A stretch of DNA of 64,000 bases from IMG/VR virus record IMGVR_UViG_3300025141_000016, positions 62,001 to 126,000 of that record, one strand, 5' to 3'. The notes below the pieces were generated by a model, which was given only the letters and a program-made list of their open reading frames with translations, made no database searches and was not told the DNA's origin. Numbering within the stretch: the stretch's first letter is position 1; each line of letters begins with the position of its first letter. Positions 38,387 to 47,481 of this stretch are shown in pieces. Made by a program: the position numbers and the translations under genes.

Positions 38387-41300
38387 ATGTCCGACACTCC
38401 ACAAGTCTATGGTCCAGACGGCACCCTCCGCGAGACGGTCGTGTTCAGCACCACTGTCCTCACTCGGTTCTTTACGGGTGTGGTCCCCCCCAGTGCTGTC
38501 GAGGTGCAGGTATCTATCAATGGGAGCGGCTTCTCCTCGGACGAAACCCTCGCTCAATGGGGGGACGGTTCATGGGTGGTGCCCAACCCTTCCTATGAGC
38601 CCGATGGGCTGATTCTTTTGGAGGGTGAGAACACCGTTGAAGTGAGAGCCATCCTCCCCAGCGGGACGACCACAGGATCGGCAACTATGACGGTGAGGCT
38701 CGTCACCTCTGCGGACCTTGGAGTGGTAGTAGCTGCTCCCACCAACATCTCGGTGGTCCAACTAAACAATGCGGTTGTGGTCCAGGCCGAGGCCCCCGAG
38801 GACGATAACTTCACGGGGATGAACTACTACGCCTCGATTTACGCAGGGGGTGGGATCACAGGGTACACCCGGATCAATGTCGAGCGTATCGCAGAGGGCG
38901 CTATCACCCAGGAAACCTCCGAGTTTGCTTCGGAGACTGCCGAGTTTGCGGTCAGGGTTGATGCCAACAACGAGCCTGTTGCCGACCCGCTCTACTTCCG
39001 GCTGATGGCTCTCCAAGAAGACGAGGACGAAGCTGTCCTCCAGAGTGACCTTGATGAGCGGTATGAAGTTCCCGAAGAAGCCAGGACCATCCGACTGAAG
39101 TCCACCATGTCGCAGGTTCGGGAAGTGACGGCATACCAGTTCACCCATAACAGGCGGTCGGATCCGACTTCCACACCGGCCACAGTACGGGTCAGTTCTT
39201 TCTCCAACATGGACTCGGGCGACCCCCTTTACTATGTGGTGACTGCCGTTTTCTACGACACCGCCCAGGCCCTTGAATACGAGTCTGCTTTCTCTCCCGA
39301 GGTGGTGGGGAGCCCTGAACTGGTCACTACGGCTCTGGGAGCGATCCCCGCAGTCAATCGCCAGAGCATCGTCCGAGAGTTCATCACGGCCATCTTTAGG
39401 TCCAACCCCCAGATCAAGGTCGAGGTGGGGAGTGTCCTGCGAGACACGGTGATTGACCCGTTCTCATCAGAGAGCGAGAGGGTTCGGTTCCTCCTCGACT
39501 TCTATCACCGAGCACGGACTCCAACCCTCCTCCTCCAGATCGATGACCCCAGCGGATCTGGTACAAGCGTGGCGGTAGCTGACAGCGCCTACAAGCTGGG
39601 CCTCAAATCGGCGCTCTACATTGACTCGTCCCAGCAAGTCCAAGACTTGATCGACTCGGCTTTTGGGGCCTACGCGAGCAACCTCGGGATCCGTCGCCGG
39701 ACAGGAGCCGCTTCCCAAGGGGAAGTGCTGTTCTACACGTCCAAGAAGCCTTCCTCTTCCCTGGTGATCCCGTTGGGGACAACAGTGAGTGGAGGGGGAG
39801 TCTCCTTCATAACGACGCGGGAAGCCACCATCGCCTCTGCCACCATCGCCAGCTACTACAACCCTGTCACCGGGAACTACCAGATTTCGGTGCCCGTCAA
39901 CGCAGGAACCACGGGGTCTTCCACCAACGTCGGGATTGGGCAGATCAAGCAGATCGCCTCATCCGTGACTGGTTCTTTCAGCGTGACCAACTTGGCCGCG
40001 ATGGTGGGGGGACAGGATGCAGAATCCAACCTCGCGCTAACAGCCCGTATCCAGAATCGCCTTGCATCTGTCGATTCGGGGACGGCCCGAGGGTATCTCC
40101 AAACGGCTGCTGATGTACCCGGTGTGGTCAAGGCTAATGTCGTTGCTTCCGGGGATCTCCTCATGCAGCGGGACATAAACGACTCGGGGGTCCACAAGGG
40201 CGGCAAGGTAGATGTGTGGATTCAGGGCAGCAACGAGGTGACCATCACGGACACCTTTGCCTTCACCTTTGAGATAGCCCAGGACATTCAGTTTGAGGTT
40301 GTGGGGGCAGTCACCGACTACACTTTCCGTGCGCTGGACTCGACGTTGAGTGACAGTGACCCCATCGTGGAGATGCTGGACGATGCTGCTGTCGGCTACG
40401 AGTTCCGAAACGCCTCCACAGGGGAGGTCTTTGACCTTACTGGGGTCACCATCACCGCCTACAACACCATCCAGTTGGACACGGATCTTGCCCAACCAGC
40501 CGTAGACTTGACCGACGTGCTGTTGGGGTCGTACCGCCGACGGGTCGGAAGTGAGTTCATTCTCCCACGCCAACCTGTCAGTTCGATCACCGCCGTCGTT
40601 GGGACTGTGGCGGGAACTCTCCCCGAAACCGCTTACCTCTTGGTGCATCCTGATGCGCCCCTCGACATTGGGCGCTCCTCTCTTGCCACCGATTACCTCC
40701 AGATCATTGGGTACACCGATGATGATGGCGAGACTGTTCCCAGTGGGGACACCATCACTATCACCGACGAGGAACACGTCCTTATCGGTCAGTACCCCGA
40801 ATATGTGGACAACCTGGGGGCCAACTACTTGACCATCGTGGTCATGTCCTCGGATGGGCTCACTACCTACGCTGGACCAAACGACCCCGGTGGCAACCCC
40901 GACTACACCATCTCACTGGGAACACAGACCACAGCGGTATCCCTCACGCGAACGGAAGCCAGCACCATCCCGAATGGGGCGACTGTACTGGTGTCTTACT
41001 CGCATGATGAGAACTTCACGGCTACCTACACCACCAACCTGATCGTTGCCCTTACCCAGAACGCGGTGGATGAGGACAAGCACGTCACCGCTGATGTGGT
41101 CGTCAAGGAAGCAATCGAGGTTCCTCTGGACCTCGATTCCACCATCATCTTGATTCGGGGCAGGGACCAAGCAACGGTAGACACAAGCCTCCGCACCAAC
41201 CTCGCCAACTTCTTTGCCAATCTCCGTCTCGGAGATCCGGTACGTCAGTCAGACATTATCGACGTGATAGAGCAGACAGACGGGGTGTCCTATGTAGTCG

Positions 41301-41851
41301 TGCCTCTGACCAAGATGGTTCGGCAAGAGGGATCTACCGTCGTGCGGGAGGTCATCTCCACCGACACTGTGACCGAGAGCACCCTGGTCACGAGCCTGAC
41401 AACCAATACGGCGGTGGTGTTCCTCCTCAAAGAAGAACTGTCGGCAGCTACCACGGATGGGGGAGGCCCGGAAGGATCCTTCAAGTCCGTCTTCCAAGAC
41501 GACGTTGCGCTGACCCTACTGGATGAAGGGTCCACCTTGGCTTCGTTGGGGTCAGCCGTAGGGTATGTCTATATCCTCGGGTCCGAGGGGCGTTCCATCG
41601 AGGGTATCTCGGACGATGCGACACTTTACGCGGAAGGCTTCGTCACGCCAACAGCCGCCGAAGCCCGTCGGGTGGAACTCACGGCCAACCGTGTTCTCGT
41701 CTCCGTCGAGGCAGGAGATTCCCCCGTGGAGCACACCTACGCGGTGACCTATGTCGTAGGGGAAGACACCGGAGCCAAGAACATTGACCCGGATGAGGCC
41801 GAGTATTGCTCGGAGGGCACCTTTGTCCTCACCTATGACGAGGACCAGTAG
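38387..41851 (+). CDS. Baseplate J-like (gp6-like) protein
   Basis: GSVLRDTVIDP, GIRRRTGAASQGEVLF, GGQDAESNLAL..RI, GTARGY...VPGVVKANVV, GGKVDVWI. Confidence 0.85.
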   Translation: MSDTPQVYGPDGTLRETVVFSTTVLTRFFTGVVPPSAVEVQVSINGSGFSSDETLAQWGDGSWVVPNPSYEPDGLILLEGENTVEVRAILPSGTTTGSATMTVRLVTSADLGVVVAAPTNISVVQLNNAVVVQAEAPEDDNFTGMNYYASIYAGGGITGYTRINVERIAEGAITQETSEFASETAEFAVRVDANNEPVADPLYFRLMALQEDEDEAVLQSDLDERYEVPEEARTIRLKSTMSQVREVTAYQFTHNRRSDPTSTPATVRVSSFSNMDSGDPLYYVVTAVFYDTAQALEYESAFSPEVVGSPELVTTALGAIPAVNRQSIVREFITAIFRSNPQIKVEVGSVLRDTVIDPFSSESERVRFLLDFYHRARTPTLLLQIDDPSGSGTSVAVADSAYKLGLKSALYIDSSQQVQDLIDSAFGAYASNLGIRRRTGAASQGEVLFYTSKKPSSSLVIPLGTTVSGGGVSFITTREATIASATIASYYNPVTGNYQISVPVNAGTTGSSTNVGIGQIKQIASSVTGSFSVTNLAAMVGGQDAESNLALTARIQNRLASVDSGTARGYLQTAADVPGVVKANVVASGDLLMQRDINDSGVHKGGKVDVWIQGSNEVTITDTFAFTFEIAQDIQFEVVGAVTDYTFRALDSTLSDSDPIVEMLDDAAVGYEFRNASTGEVFDLTGVTITAYNTIQLDTDLAQPAVDLTDVLLGSYRRRVGSEFILPRQPVSSITAVVGTVAGTLPETAYLLVHPDAPLDIGRSSLATDYLQIIGYTDDDGETVPSGDTITITDEEHVLIGQYPEYVDNLGANYLTIVVMSSDGLTTYAGPNDPGGNPDYTISLGTQTTAVSLTRTEASTIPNGATVLVSYSHDENFTATYTTNLIVALTQNAVDEDKHVTADVVVKEAIEVPLDLDSTIILIRGRDQATVDTSLRTNLANFFANLRLGDPVRQSDIIDVIEQTDGVSYVVVPLTKMVRQEGSTVVREVISTDTVTESTLVTSLTTNTAVVFLLKEELSAATTDGGGPEGSFKSVFQDDVALTLLDEGSTLASLGSAVGYVYILGSEGRSIEGISDDATLYAEGFVTPTAAEARRVELTANRVLVSVEAGDSPVEHTYAVTYVVGEDTGAKNIDPDEAEYCSEGTFVLTYDEDQ

Positions 41852-41853
41852 AG

Positions 41854-42156
41854 GTGGAGAAATCACCCTTACAATCCAAGAAGTTCCTCGCCTTCCTGCT
41901 CTCCGAGGTGACGTGGAAGATCATCATCATCGTCTGCGTGGTGAAACTCATTGATGACGCGGAAGGGGGACCACTCCTCCTCCACTGGGTCATGCTCACC
42001 GCAGTTCTCATCGCAGGGTTCATCGAGGCAGGATTCATTGGAGGACAAGCGTGGCTCGACAAGTACGTCCGTCTCGCCAAGATCACCACGGAGGCGGCAA
42101 CAGGAGCACCATCCCCCGACCCAGACCCAGAGGGTGCTGGCTCCAGTGATCGGTAG
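41854..42156 (+). CDS. Putative holin
   Basis: SKKFLAFLL N-terminus, two or more TM segments, directly before the endolysin. Confidence 0.6.
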   Translation: MEKSPLQSKKFLAFLLSEVTWKIIIIVCVVKLIDDAEGGPLLLHWVMLTAVLIAGFIEAGFIGGQAWLDKYVRLAKITTEAATGAPSPDPDPEGAGSSDR

Positions 42157-42179
42157 GTTCAACTATAGGAAGGTGAGTA

Positions 42180-42854
42180 GTGGCGAAGGCACTGTTGAAG
42201 GTTGGGTCGCAAGGCCCCAGCGTGAAGGAAGCCCAAAAACTGTTGGGTGTGGGAGCCGACGGCATCTTCGGCCCGAAGACCGAGGCTGCCACTAAAGCCT
42301 TCCAGAAGAAGCACGGGCTCACCGAGGATGGGATCATCGGACCCGCGACGTGGAAGGCCCTTGACCCCACCCCTGCCGTTGCGCCGCCGGACCCTCTCCT
42401 CTCGGGACCAGCCCTGGTGCTCCCGATCTCTCCGAGTCGGAAGCCGTACCTGACTGTGGGGTCACCGTATGGGCCTCGGACCTCTCCCATCACTGGGAAG
42501 GAGTCGTTTCACAGCGGGATCGACATCGGTGCCGCACAGGGAACACCCCTCATCGCTATCGGGTCGGGCCTCGTCGGCAAGGTCCAAGAACTCCATGCGG
42601 TCAACGGGAACGCAGTCTTCCTCGATGTGGACGGTTACCGAGTCTGCTACCTCCATCTCTACGAGATTCATGTGTCCGAGGGTGAGGCAGTCGTTGTCGG
42701 TCAGACCATCGGTTTGGTAGGCACCACCGGGCAAAGCACTGGACCCCACCTCCACCTGACCATCTATGACCCCAGCGGAAACCGTATCGATCCGGCCACG
42801 CTGTACCCAGCCGAATGGCTCCGCAACCGTCAGGGCGAACCTCTCTTGGGATAA
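42180..42854 (+). CDS. Endolysin: PG-binding domain plus M23 peptidase
   Basis: ADGIFGPKTEAATKAFQKKHGLTEDGIIGPATW; HSGID, YLHL, STGPHLH. Confidence 0.92.
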   Translation: MAKALLKVGSQGPSVKEAQKLLGVGADGIFGPKTEAATKAFQKKHGLTEDGIIGPATWKALDPTPAVAPPDPLLSGPALVLPISPSRKPYLTVGSPYGPRTSPITGKESFHSGIDIGAAQGTPLIAIGSGLVGKVQELHAVNGNAVFLDVDGYRVCYLHLYEIHVSEGEAVVVGQTIGLVGTTGQSTGPHLHLTIYDPSGNRIDPATLYPAEWLRNRQGEPLLG

Positions 42855-42862
42855 GGGCGGTG

Positions 42863-42877
42863 CAGTACCTACCCTAT
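42863..42877 (+). promoter_or_regulatory. Class L motif
   Basis: CAGTACctaccCTAT upstream of 42906. Confidence 0.5.
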
Positions 42878-42905
42878 TGATCCCCGAGGACAGGAGAGAT
42901 CGAAG

Positions 42906-43835
42906 ATGCCCACAAAGAAAGAGATTGAGATGGTCCATCTCGTTCAGAGCATCATCGAGAAGCCCGAAATGAGGAGATACCTAAAGAAGCACTACCAAAA
43001 GTCCATCGGGGAGGGGGCACACCCACACACGGGTTTTTGCAGCATGGCTTCGGATGCGCTGCGCCGTATTCTTGGGGGCCAAGTCCGGGGATTCTCGGGC
43101 TACAAACTGTGCCGCGTGGTGCATGAAGGTGAGCCCCACTATTACCTCACCACCCCTTCGGGAGAGGTGCTTGACCCCACGAGTTCCCAGTTCAAGAAAC
43201 GACCTCCTTATGATCGAGGGCGGGGAGTAGGGTTGCCCACCCCCAGTCGCATCCCTGGAACTGATGTTCAATCTCCTACACAGGGGGCGCGGGCAATCAT
43301 GGAGCACCGACGCAGATCCTCATCCTCTGGCCGGTATCCACCCTATCGAGGTCAGGGGGGTAGGAGAAGTATTATGAACCCTGACCGCTCGGCTCTCATC
43401 CGATTGGCCTCGGCGTTACCTGTCGGGAACGCAGACAGGAAGACCATCCTTACGGGGTTGACCTCCAGCCCATTGAGGACACGCCAAGCAGGGCGGGTTC
43501 CTTCCAACGCCCCAAAGCAAGTGAAGCAAGTGGCGAAGGCTTGGGTCCAGAGTGCCATCAAGGCAGGTGAGGAAGTGATCGCAGAGGAAGGGGAAACCGG
43601 GGCCGAGGCCAAGGGCACCCGTGGGTTCTGGAAGGACCGCCTCTATGTGTATGTTGAGGACTCCGACAAGGGTCCGCGCTGGGTCGTGGGGGACAACTAC
43701 GACCGAGCCACGAACATGATCTACTACCCCGATTCTGATGAGTGGTACTCGATGCCCAGCTATGGGTCAGAAAGGCTCATGCGCGGGGGTTTCCAAAACG
43801 CCTTGGGCAGCGCCGAGATCATCTGGACGGGCTGA
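42906..43835 (+). CDS. Papain/transglutaminase-like (Cys-His-Asp) domain joined in frame to a DRSALIRLAS-leader protein
   Basis: GFCSMASDAL...PHYYL...VLDPTSSQF. Internal AGGAG RBS and ATG at 43374 (MNPDRSALIRLAS). Confidence 0.6.
   Translation: MPTKKEIEMVHLVQSIIEKPEMRRYLKKHYQKSIGEGAHPHTGFCSMASDALRRILGGQVRGFSGYKLCRVVHEGEPHYYLTTPSGEVLDPTSSQFKKRPPYDRGRGVGLPTPSRIPGTDVQSPTQGARAIMEHRRRSSSSGRYPPYRGQGGRRSIMNPDRSALIRLASALPVGNADRKTILTGLTSSPLRTRQAGRVPSNAPKQVKQVAKAWVQSAIKAGEEVIAEEGETGAEAKGTRGFWKDRLYVYVEDSDKGPRWVVGDNYDRATNMIYYPDSDEWYSMPSYGSERLMRGGFQNALGSAEIIWTG
43332..43346 (+). promoter_or_regulatory. Class L motif internal to ORF 42906
   Basis: CGGTATccaccCTAT, then AGGAG and ATG 43374. Confidence 0.55.
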
Positions 43836-44166
43836 CCCTCGGGTCATCCGGTCCCAGGCCACGGCACCACTTGGAGTCGGATTGCGCCCACTTGGTCCTG
43901 GCCGTACCTCGCTTACCTTTCTTCAACGCTCGCTCTGCCTTCATCGCGTCGGAGCGTCCCTCATAGGGTCCGTACACGGCACGGATCACCCACGGTCGGT
44001 GCTTGCTGGTGTACTTCCCCCCACCCACGATCTCTCCGTTGTGTTGGCGAAGCCGACGAGCCACGTCGGTCGTACAGCCGACGTAGTGGAACCCAGGCAG
44101 CGGGTGACCCCGTTTGCCGACCCTGCGTTCAAGGGACTGAATGACGTAGACCCAGTATTCGGCCAT
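43819..44166 (-). CDS. GIY-YIG nuclease, SLX1-like
   Basis: WVYVIQS...YVGCTTDVARRLRQHNGEIVGGGKYTSKHRPW...AMKAE; GGAGG RBS. Confidence 0.88.
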   Translation of the reverse strand: MAEYWVYVIQSLERRVGKRGHPLPGFHYVGCTTDVARRLRQHNGEIVGGGKYTSKHRPWVIRAVYGPYEGRSDAMKAERALKKGKRGTARTKWAQSDSKWCRGLGPDDPRVSPSR

Positions 44167-44175
44167 CACTACCTC

Positions 44176-44190
44176 CGGTCGGGAGTCTAT
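44176..44190 (+). promoter_or_regulatory. Class L motif
   Basis: CGGTCGggagtCTAT upstream of 44220. Confidence 0.5.
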
Positions 44191-44219
44191 ACCCCTCCTC
44201 CCCACAGAGGACCGTACCC

Positions 44220-45092
44220 GTGAACCACCCATCCCCCAGCCGTGTGGCCTCCCGCTGGATCAAAGCAGCCCCCGCCGTGGATCTTGATCCACGGAAGGTC
44301 TACTACCACGGGACACCCTCGGAGAAGGCGGGGAAGTCCATCCTCCGCTCTGGCATCGAACCGCCTGACCTTTCGACCCGCAAGGGTCCGCTTCGCCCTG
44401 TGGGCGGCAAGGTGTACCTGACTGACAAACTCTCCTATGGGGTCATCTACGCTCTCGGGGGGGCCGTGGCAGGACACGAGTATCCTGAGCGGCATTGGCA
44501 GGGCAGCGAGTGGGGATACCTGTTCGTGGTGCCGGGGAAGGCTCTCAAAGAAGTCCAGCCCGATGAAGATTCCGTGGGAGAGATGATCTCAAACTCGACT
44601 GGTCCCGGCTGGCTTGATGACTTGGCCGAAGAAATCCTTACGAAGAAACACCCAGCAGAACCCGAGCCTATCGCATTGTCCTATTCGTTCGACTTCGACA
44701 GCGACTTGAATGACAAGGCCAAAGAGCAGTTCTTTTCAGACACGGGGATTGACCCCAGTACGTTCGACTACCACGACGACCGAATCACCCTTGAAGGTTG
44801 GTTTTGGGACGAGGGTTCTTCCTACAACGAGGACTGGTTTTGGGAATATGAGCAAGGGAACCTGTACGACCTCGTGATGGACGGTGACTATGCCGCCTGG
44901 GCTGAAGCCGGAAAGATCCTACTTGGTGAGATGGACTCCGAACAGGAGTTGGAGTTGATCTCATTGGGGGCACACATCGCCCATGAAGGGAAGATCACCC
45001 CGACCGAGTGCTGGAAGATCCACAAGAGCAAGGCACCCCTGTTGAAGAAGAACGGGTCCAACTTCTTTCAGGTTGCGGAGCGGTGCCGATGA
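44220..45092 (+). CDS. ADP-ribosyltransferase-fold protein with N-terminal PSPSRVASRW tag
   Basis: YYHGT...ILRSGI...VYLT...Y.VIYA pattern of H-Y-type ART domains. Confidence 0.6.
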   Translation: MNHPSPSRVASRWIKAAPAVDLDPRKVYYHGTPSEKAGKSILRSGIEPPDLSTRKGPLRPVGGKVYLTDKLSYGVIYALGGAVAGHEYPERHWQGSEWGYLFVVPGKALKEVQPDEDSVGEMISNSTGPGWLDDLAEEILTKKHPAEPEPIALSYSFDFDSDLNDKAKEQFFSDTGIDPSTFDYHDDRITLEGWFWDEGSSYNEDWFWEYEQGNLYDLVMDGDYAAWAEAGKILLGEMDSEQELELISLGAHIAHEGKITPTECWKIHKSKAPLLKKNGSNFFQVAERCR

Positions 45093-45574
45093 CCAAGCCT
45101 TCCCCCAGCCGTGTAGCCTCCCGTTACCGAGAGGCCGCGATCACCTTTCGGGATGAGAGTTCGCCCCGTGTGCAGTACGCCCGACGGTTCTCACTGTGTG
45201 ACTCGGAAGCAGACCCACCCCGCAAGCGTGAGTACCTGTTCACGGATGAGTACCGAACCCACAACCGCAAGACATACAAGCGGTTGAAGAAGCCGGTGCT
45301 GGAGAGCCGTGGGGTCACCGACCCTTGCGACGTTGCCTACATCGACTACGGCGGGGGCGGGAAAGACCTGTATCTTCATCTGGTGATCACGCGAGAAGAC
45401 CACCGAGGGAAAGGGCTCGCCACAAGGCTACTCAAAGAGTTCTACTCCAAGAAGGTGCCCAAGGGAGCGGTTGTGCGCTGGGGTCGCATTATGAACCCAA
45501 CCAGCATGGCTCTGTTTGAGAAGATGAAGAAAGCACGCCCCGATGTGGTTCACATGGGCGGCAAGTTCTACTGA
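45089..45574 (+). CDS. GNAT-family acetyltransferase with N-terminal PSPSRVASRY tag
   Basis: LYLHLVITREDHRGKGLATRLL; NPTSMALFEK. Confidence 0.75.
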   Translation: MTKPSPSRVASRYREAAITFRDESSPRVQYARRFSLCDSEADPPRKREYLFTDEYRTHNRKTYKRLKKPVLESRGVTDPCDVAYIDYGGGGKDLYLHLVITREDHRGKGLATRLLKEFYSKKVPKGAVVRWGRIMNPTSMALFEKMKKARPDVVHMGGKFY

Positions 45575-46488
45575 CTTGCTCGTAGTCGCCATTCCCCTGC
45601 TACCTCGCGGATGAGGCGCAGCATCCTGGCGATGAGGTTGGGGTTGGACTTGGTGAGTCGCGCAATCTCGGACTTCCGGTAGCCCTGGACCATCAGGCCA
45701 ACGCACTCATGGGAGAGGGTGGCGCACATCCCTCGTTCGGTGGCCCGACTCCCGACCATGGTCATCAGCCCATCCGTGAGGGTTTGGAGGTCTGTCTCGT
45801 CTTCCTGGGAGGGGCCGACTATGGCTATGTCTGCACCCGCAACGTCCTCTATTACATCATCGAGCCCTGGGACTCCGAAGACCTCGTTGCGCTCCAGGCG
45901 AGAGTACCGACGACGGTAGTTGGATACGATGCACCCACACACCATGTGGACATAGTGCCCGAAGGAACTCTTGCGGGGGTCAAAAGGGCACTTCCCACCA
46001 TTCCGCACAAGTAGGCCCTTGTAAATCTCTTGCAGCACATCGTCCGGGTCGTAGCCGTACTTGATGACGCGCCGACCGTATCCCGCATAGAACAGTTTTC
46101 GGACCTCGTGTCCCCGCTTCTCCAAGTCAATCCCCAAGGGGGCAACGGGAGCCTCAATGGAGAGGACACGGCTGGTGCGGATCATCGCCTTGGGTTTGAC
46201 AACCGTGAGGTCAGGACGATTCTTGAAAAGCCGGAGGGTGTCAATCGCAGGCTCGGGGGGCCGATAGGTTCCCTGGCGGAAGTAGCGATCAAAAGTGACC
46301 TTGGGATCACGGTGATGAGATCGAGGCTTGGGGTCTTGGTTGACCAACGCCATGATGGTCTGTCGAGCGGAGGGGTATCTCACCGATCCGTTGGGCCACG
46401 AGACGAGAAAACCATTGGTATCGGCCAACACGCGATGACCCCCATGTTCTGTGCGTGCGTAAAAGGTTCCCTCTGTCCTCATCAACAT
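45568..46488 (-). CDS. Phage-encoded sigma-70 ECF-like RNA polymerase sigma factor with N-terminal extension
   Basis: Region 2: DPDDVLQEIYKGLL...FDPRKSSFGHYVHMVCGCIVSNYRRR. Region 4 HTH: GYRKSEIARLTKSNPNLIARMLRLIR. Confidence 0.75.
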   Translation of the reverse strand: MLMRTEGTFYARTEHGGHRVLADTNGFLVSWPNGSVRYPSARQTIMALVNQDPKPRSHHRDPKVTFDRYFRQGTYRPPEPAIDTLRLFKNRPDLTVVKPKAMIRTSRVLSIEAPVAPLGIDLEKRGHEVRKLFYAGYGRRVIKYGYDPDDVLQEIYKGLLVRNGGKCPFDPRKSSFGHYVHMVCGCIVSNYRRRYSRLERNEVFGVPGLDDVIEDVAGADIAIVGPSQEDETDLQTLTDGLMTMVGSRATERGMCATLSHECVGLMVQGYRKSEIARLTKSNPNLIARMLRLIREVAGEWRLRASQ

Positions 46489-46585
46489 ACGATCTTCCTC
46501 CTCATCAGCGTAGATAGTGGTATCACAGTACCGACTTCCAGGGAAACCTTACCCCCTCATACAAGCCCTCAAAGGGGCGATGTGT

Positions 46586-46600
46586 CGATAGTGGTCTTAT
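46586..46600 (+). promoter_or_regulatory. Class L motif
   Basis: CGATAGtggtcTTAT upstream of 46676/47482. Confidence 0.55.
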
Positions 46601-46675
46601 ACCCCTCTGCGGGCAGAGAGGTGCGGACCATGTGCGCGAAATGCAGTAACGTACTGATCGGTTCCTGGCTTCCTG

Positions 46676-47479
46676 TTGGGGTACACCGATATGTATGAGA
46701 AAAACGCCGGAATCAAGGAATGGATGGGGTGGATGGCACAGCCTCTTTCCGTCATCCTGAAAGGGCACAAAGACCTCATCTACGGACCCGTGGATGGCCT
46801 GATGGATGAAGTGATCCGTCAGATCGCTCCCCAGATTGTGAAGGCCATTGGAGAACGAGAGATCGATGAGGACGTGGAGGAGTTTCTGGAAGGTGCCCAG
46901 GAAGGCCGTTTCGATGCCCTTTCAGGCTACCTTGCTGACCCTGACCTCACGGCCCCCGACGATGAACAGGCGGGTTACGACTGGGGGTTTTCTCATGCCG
47001 AGGAATGGAAGGGAAAGACTCTCCCCACCGCTGTCGAGCGAAAGGTGGTGCAGGAGCAGATCAAGGAGTTCCGAAGCCGTGTCACAGAAGAAGTGGTCAT
47101 TGACCTCATGGAAAAGACATGGCACGCCCTATCACCCTCCCACACCATCAAGGCCATCATCAGGGCCGTCAAGAAGCATGGTTGGAAACTCGGTATCGGG
47201 TTTGTGCTCTTTGAGATCGTTGAGCACGCCCTCTTGCCAGCCGTGATGATCAAGCTGACGGGCAACCCCCACTGGGCTATTTTGGGCACCCTCCCCATCG
47301 GTGAGATCATCTACGCCATCGCCATGCGTGTGTTGGGCAGGGCAGACAAGAACTTGGACAAGTTGGACGAGGACGGTCACTTGGATTGGTATGAGGCCAA
47401 GTACGGCCCGGTGAGACTGGCCTCCCAACGTCGCCCTTCGTGTGAGCAAGTCGCATACCGCTACTGCACAGGGAGGTAG
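46676..47479 (+). CDS. Hypothetical protein with hydrophobic hairpin and C-terminal PSCEQVAYRY tag
   Basis: Hydrophobic region LGIGFVLFEIVEHALLPAVMI...; start uncertain (ATG 46691). Confidence 0.65.
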   Translation: MGYTDMYEKNAGIKEWMGWMAQPLSVILKGHKDLIYGPVDGLMDEVIRQIAPQIVKAIGEREIDEDVEEFLEGAQEGRFDALSGYLADPDLTAPDDEQAGYDWGFSHAEEWKGKTLPTAVERKVVQEQIKEFRSRVTEEVVIDLMEKTWHALSPSHTIKAIIRAVKKHGWKLGIGFVLFEIVEHALLPAVMIKLTGNPHWAILGTLPIGEIIYAIAMRVLGRADKNLDKLDEDGHLDWYEAKYGPVRLASQRRPSCEQVAYRYCTGR

Positions 47480-47481
47480 CC

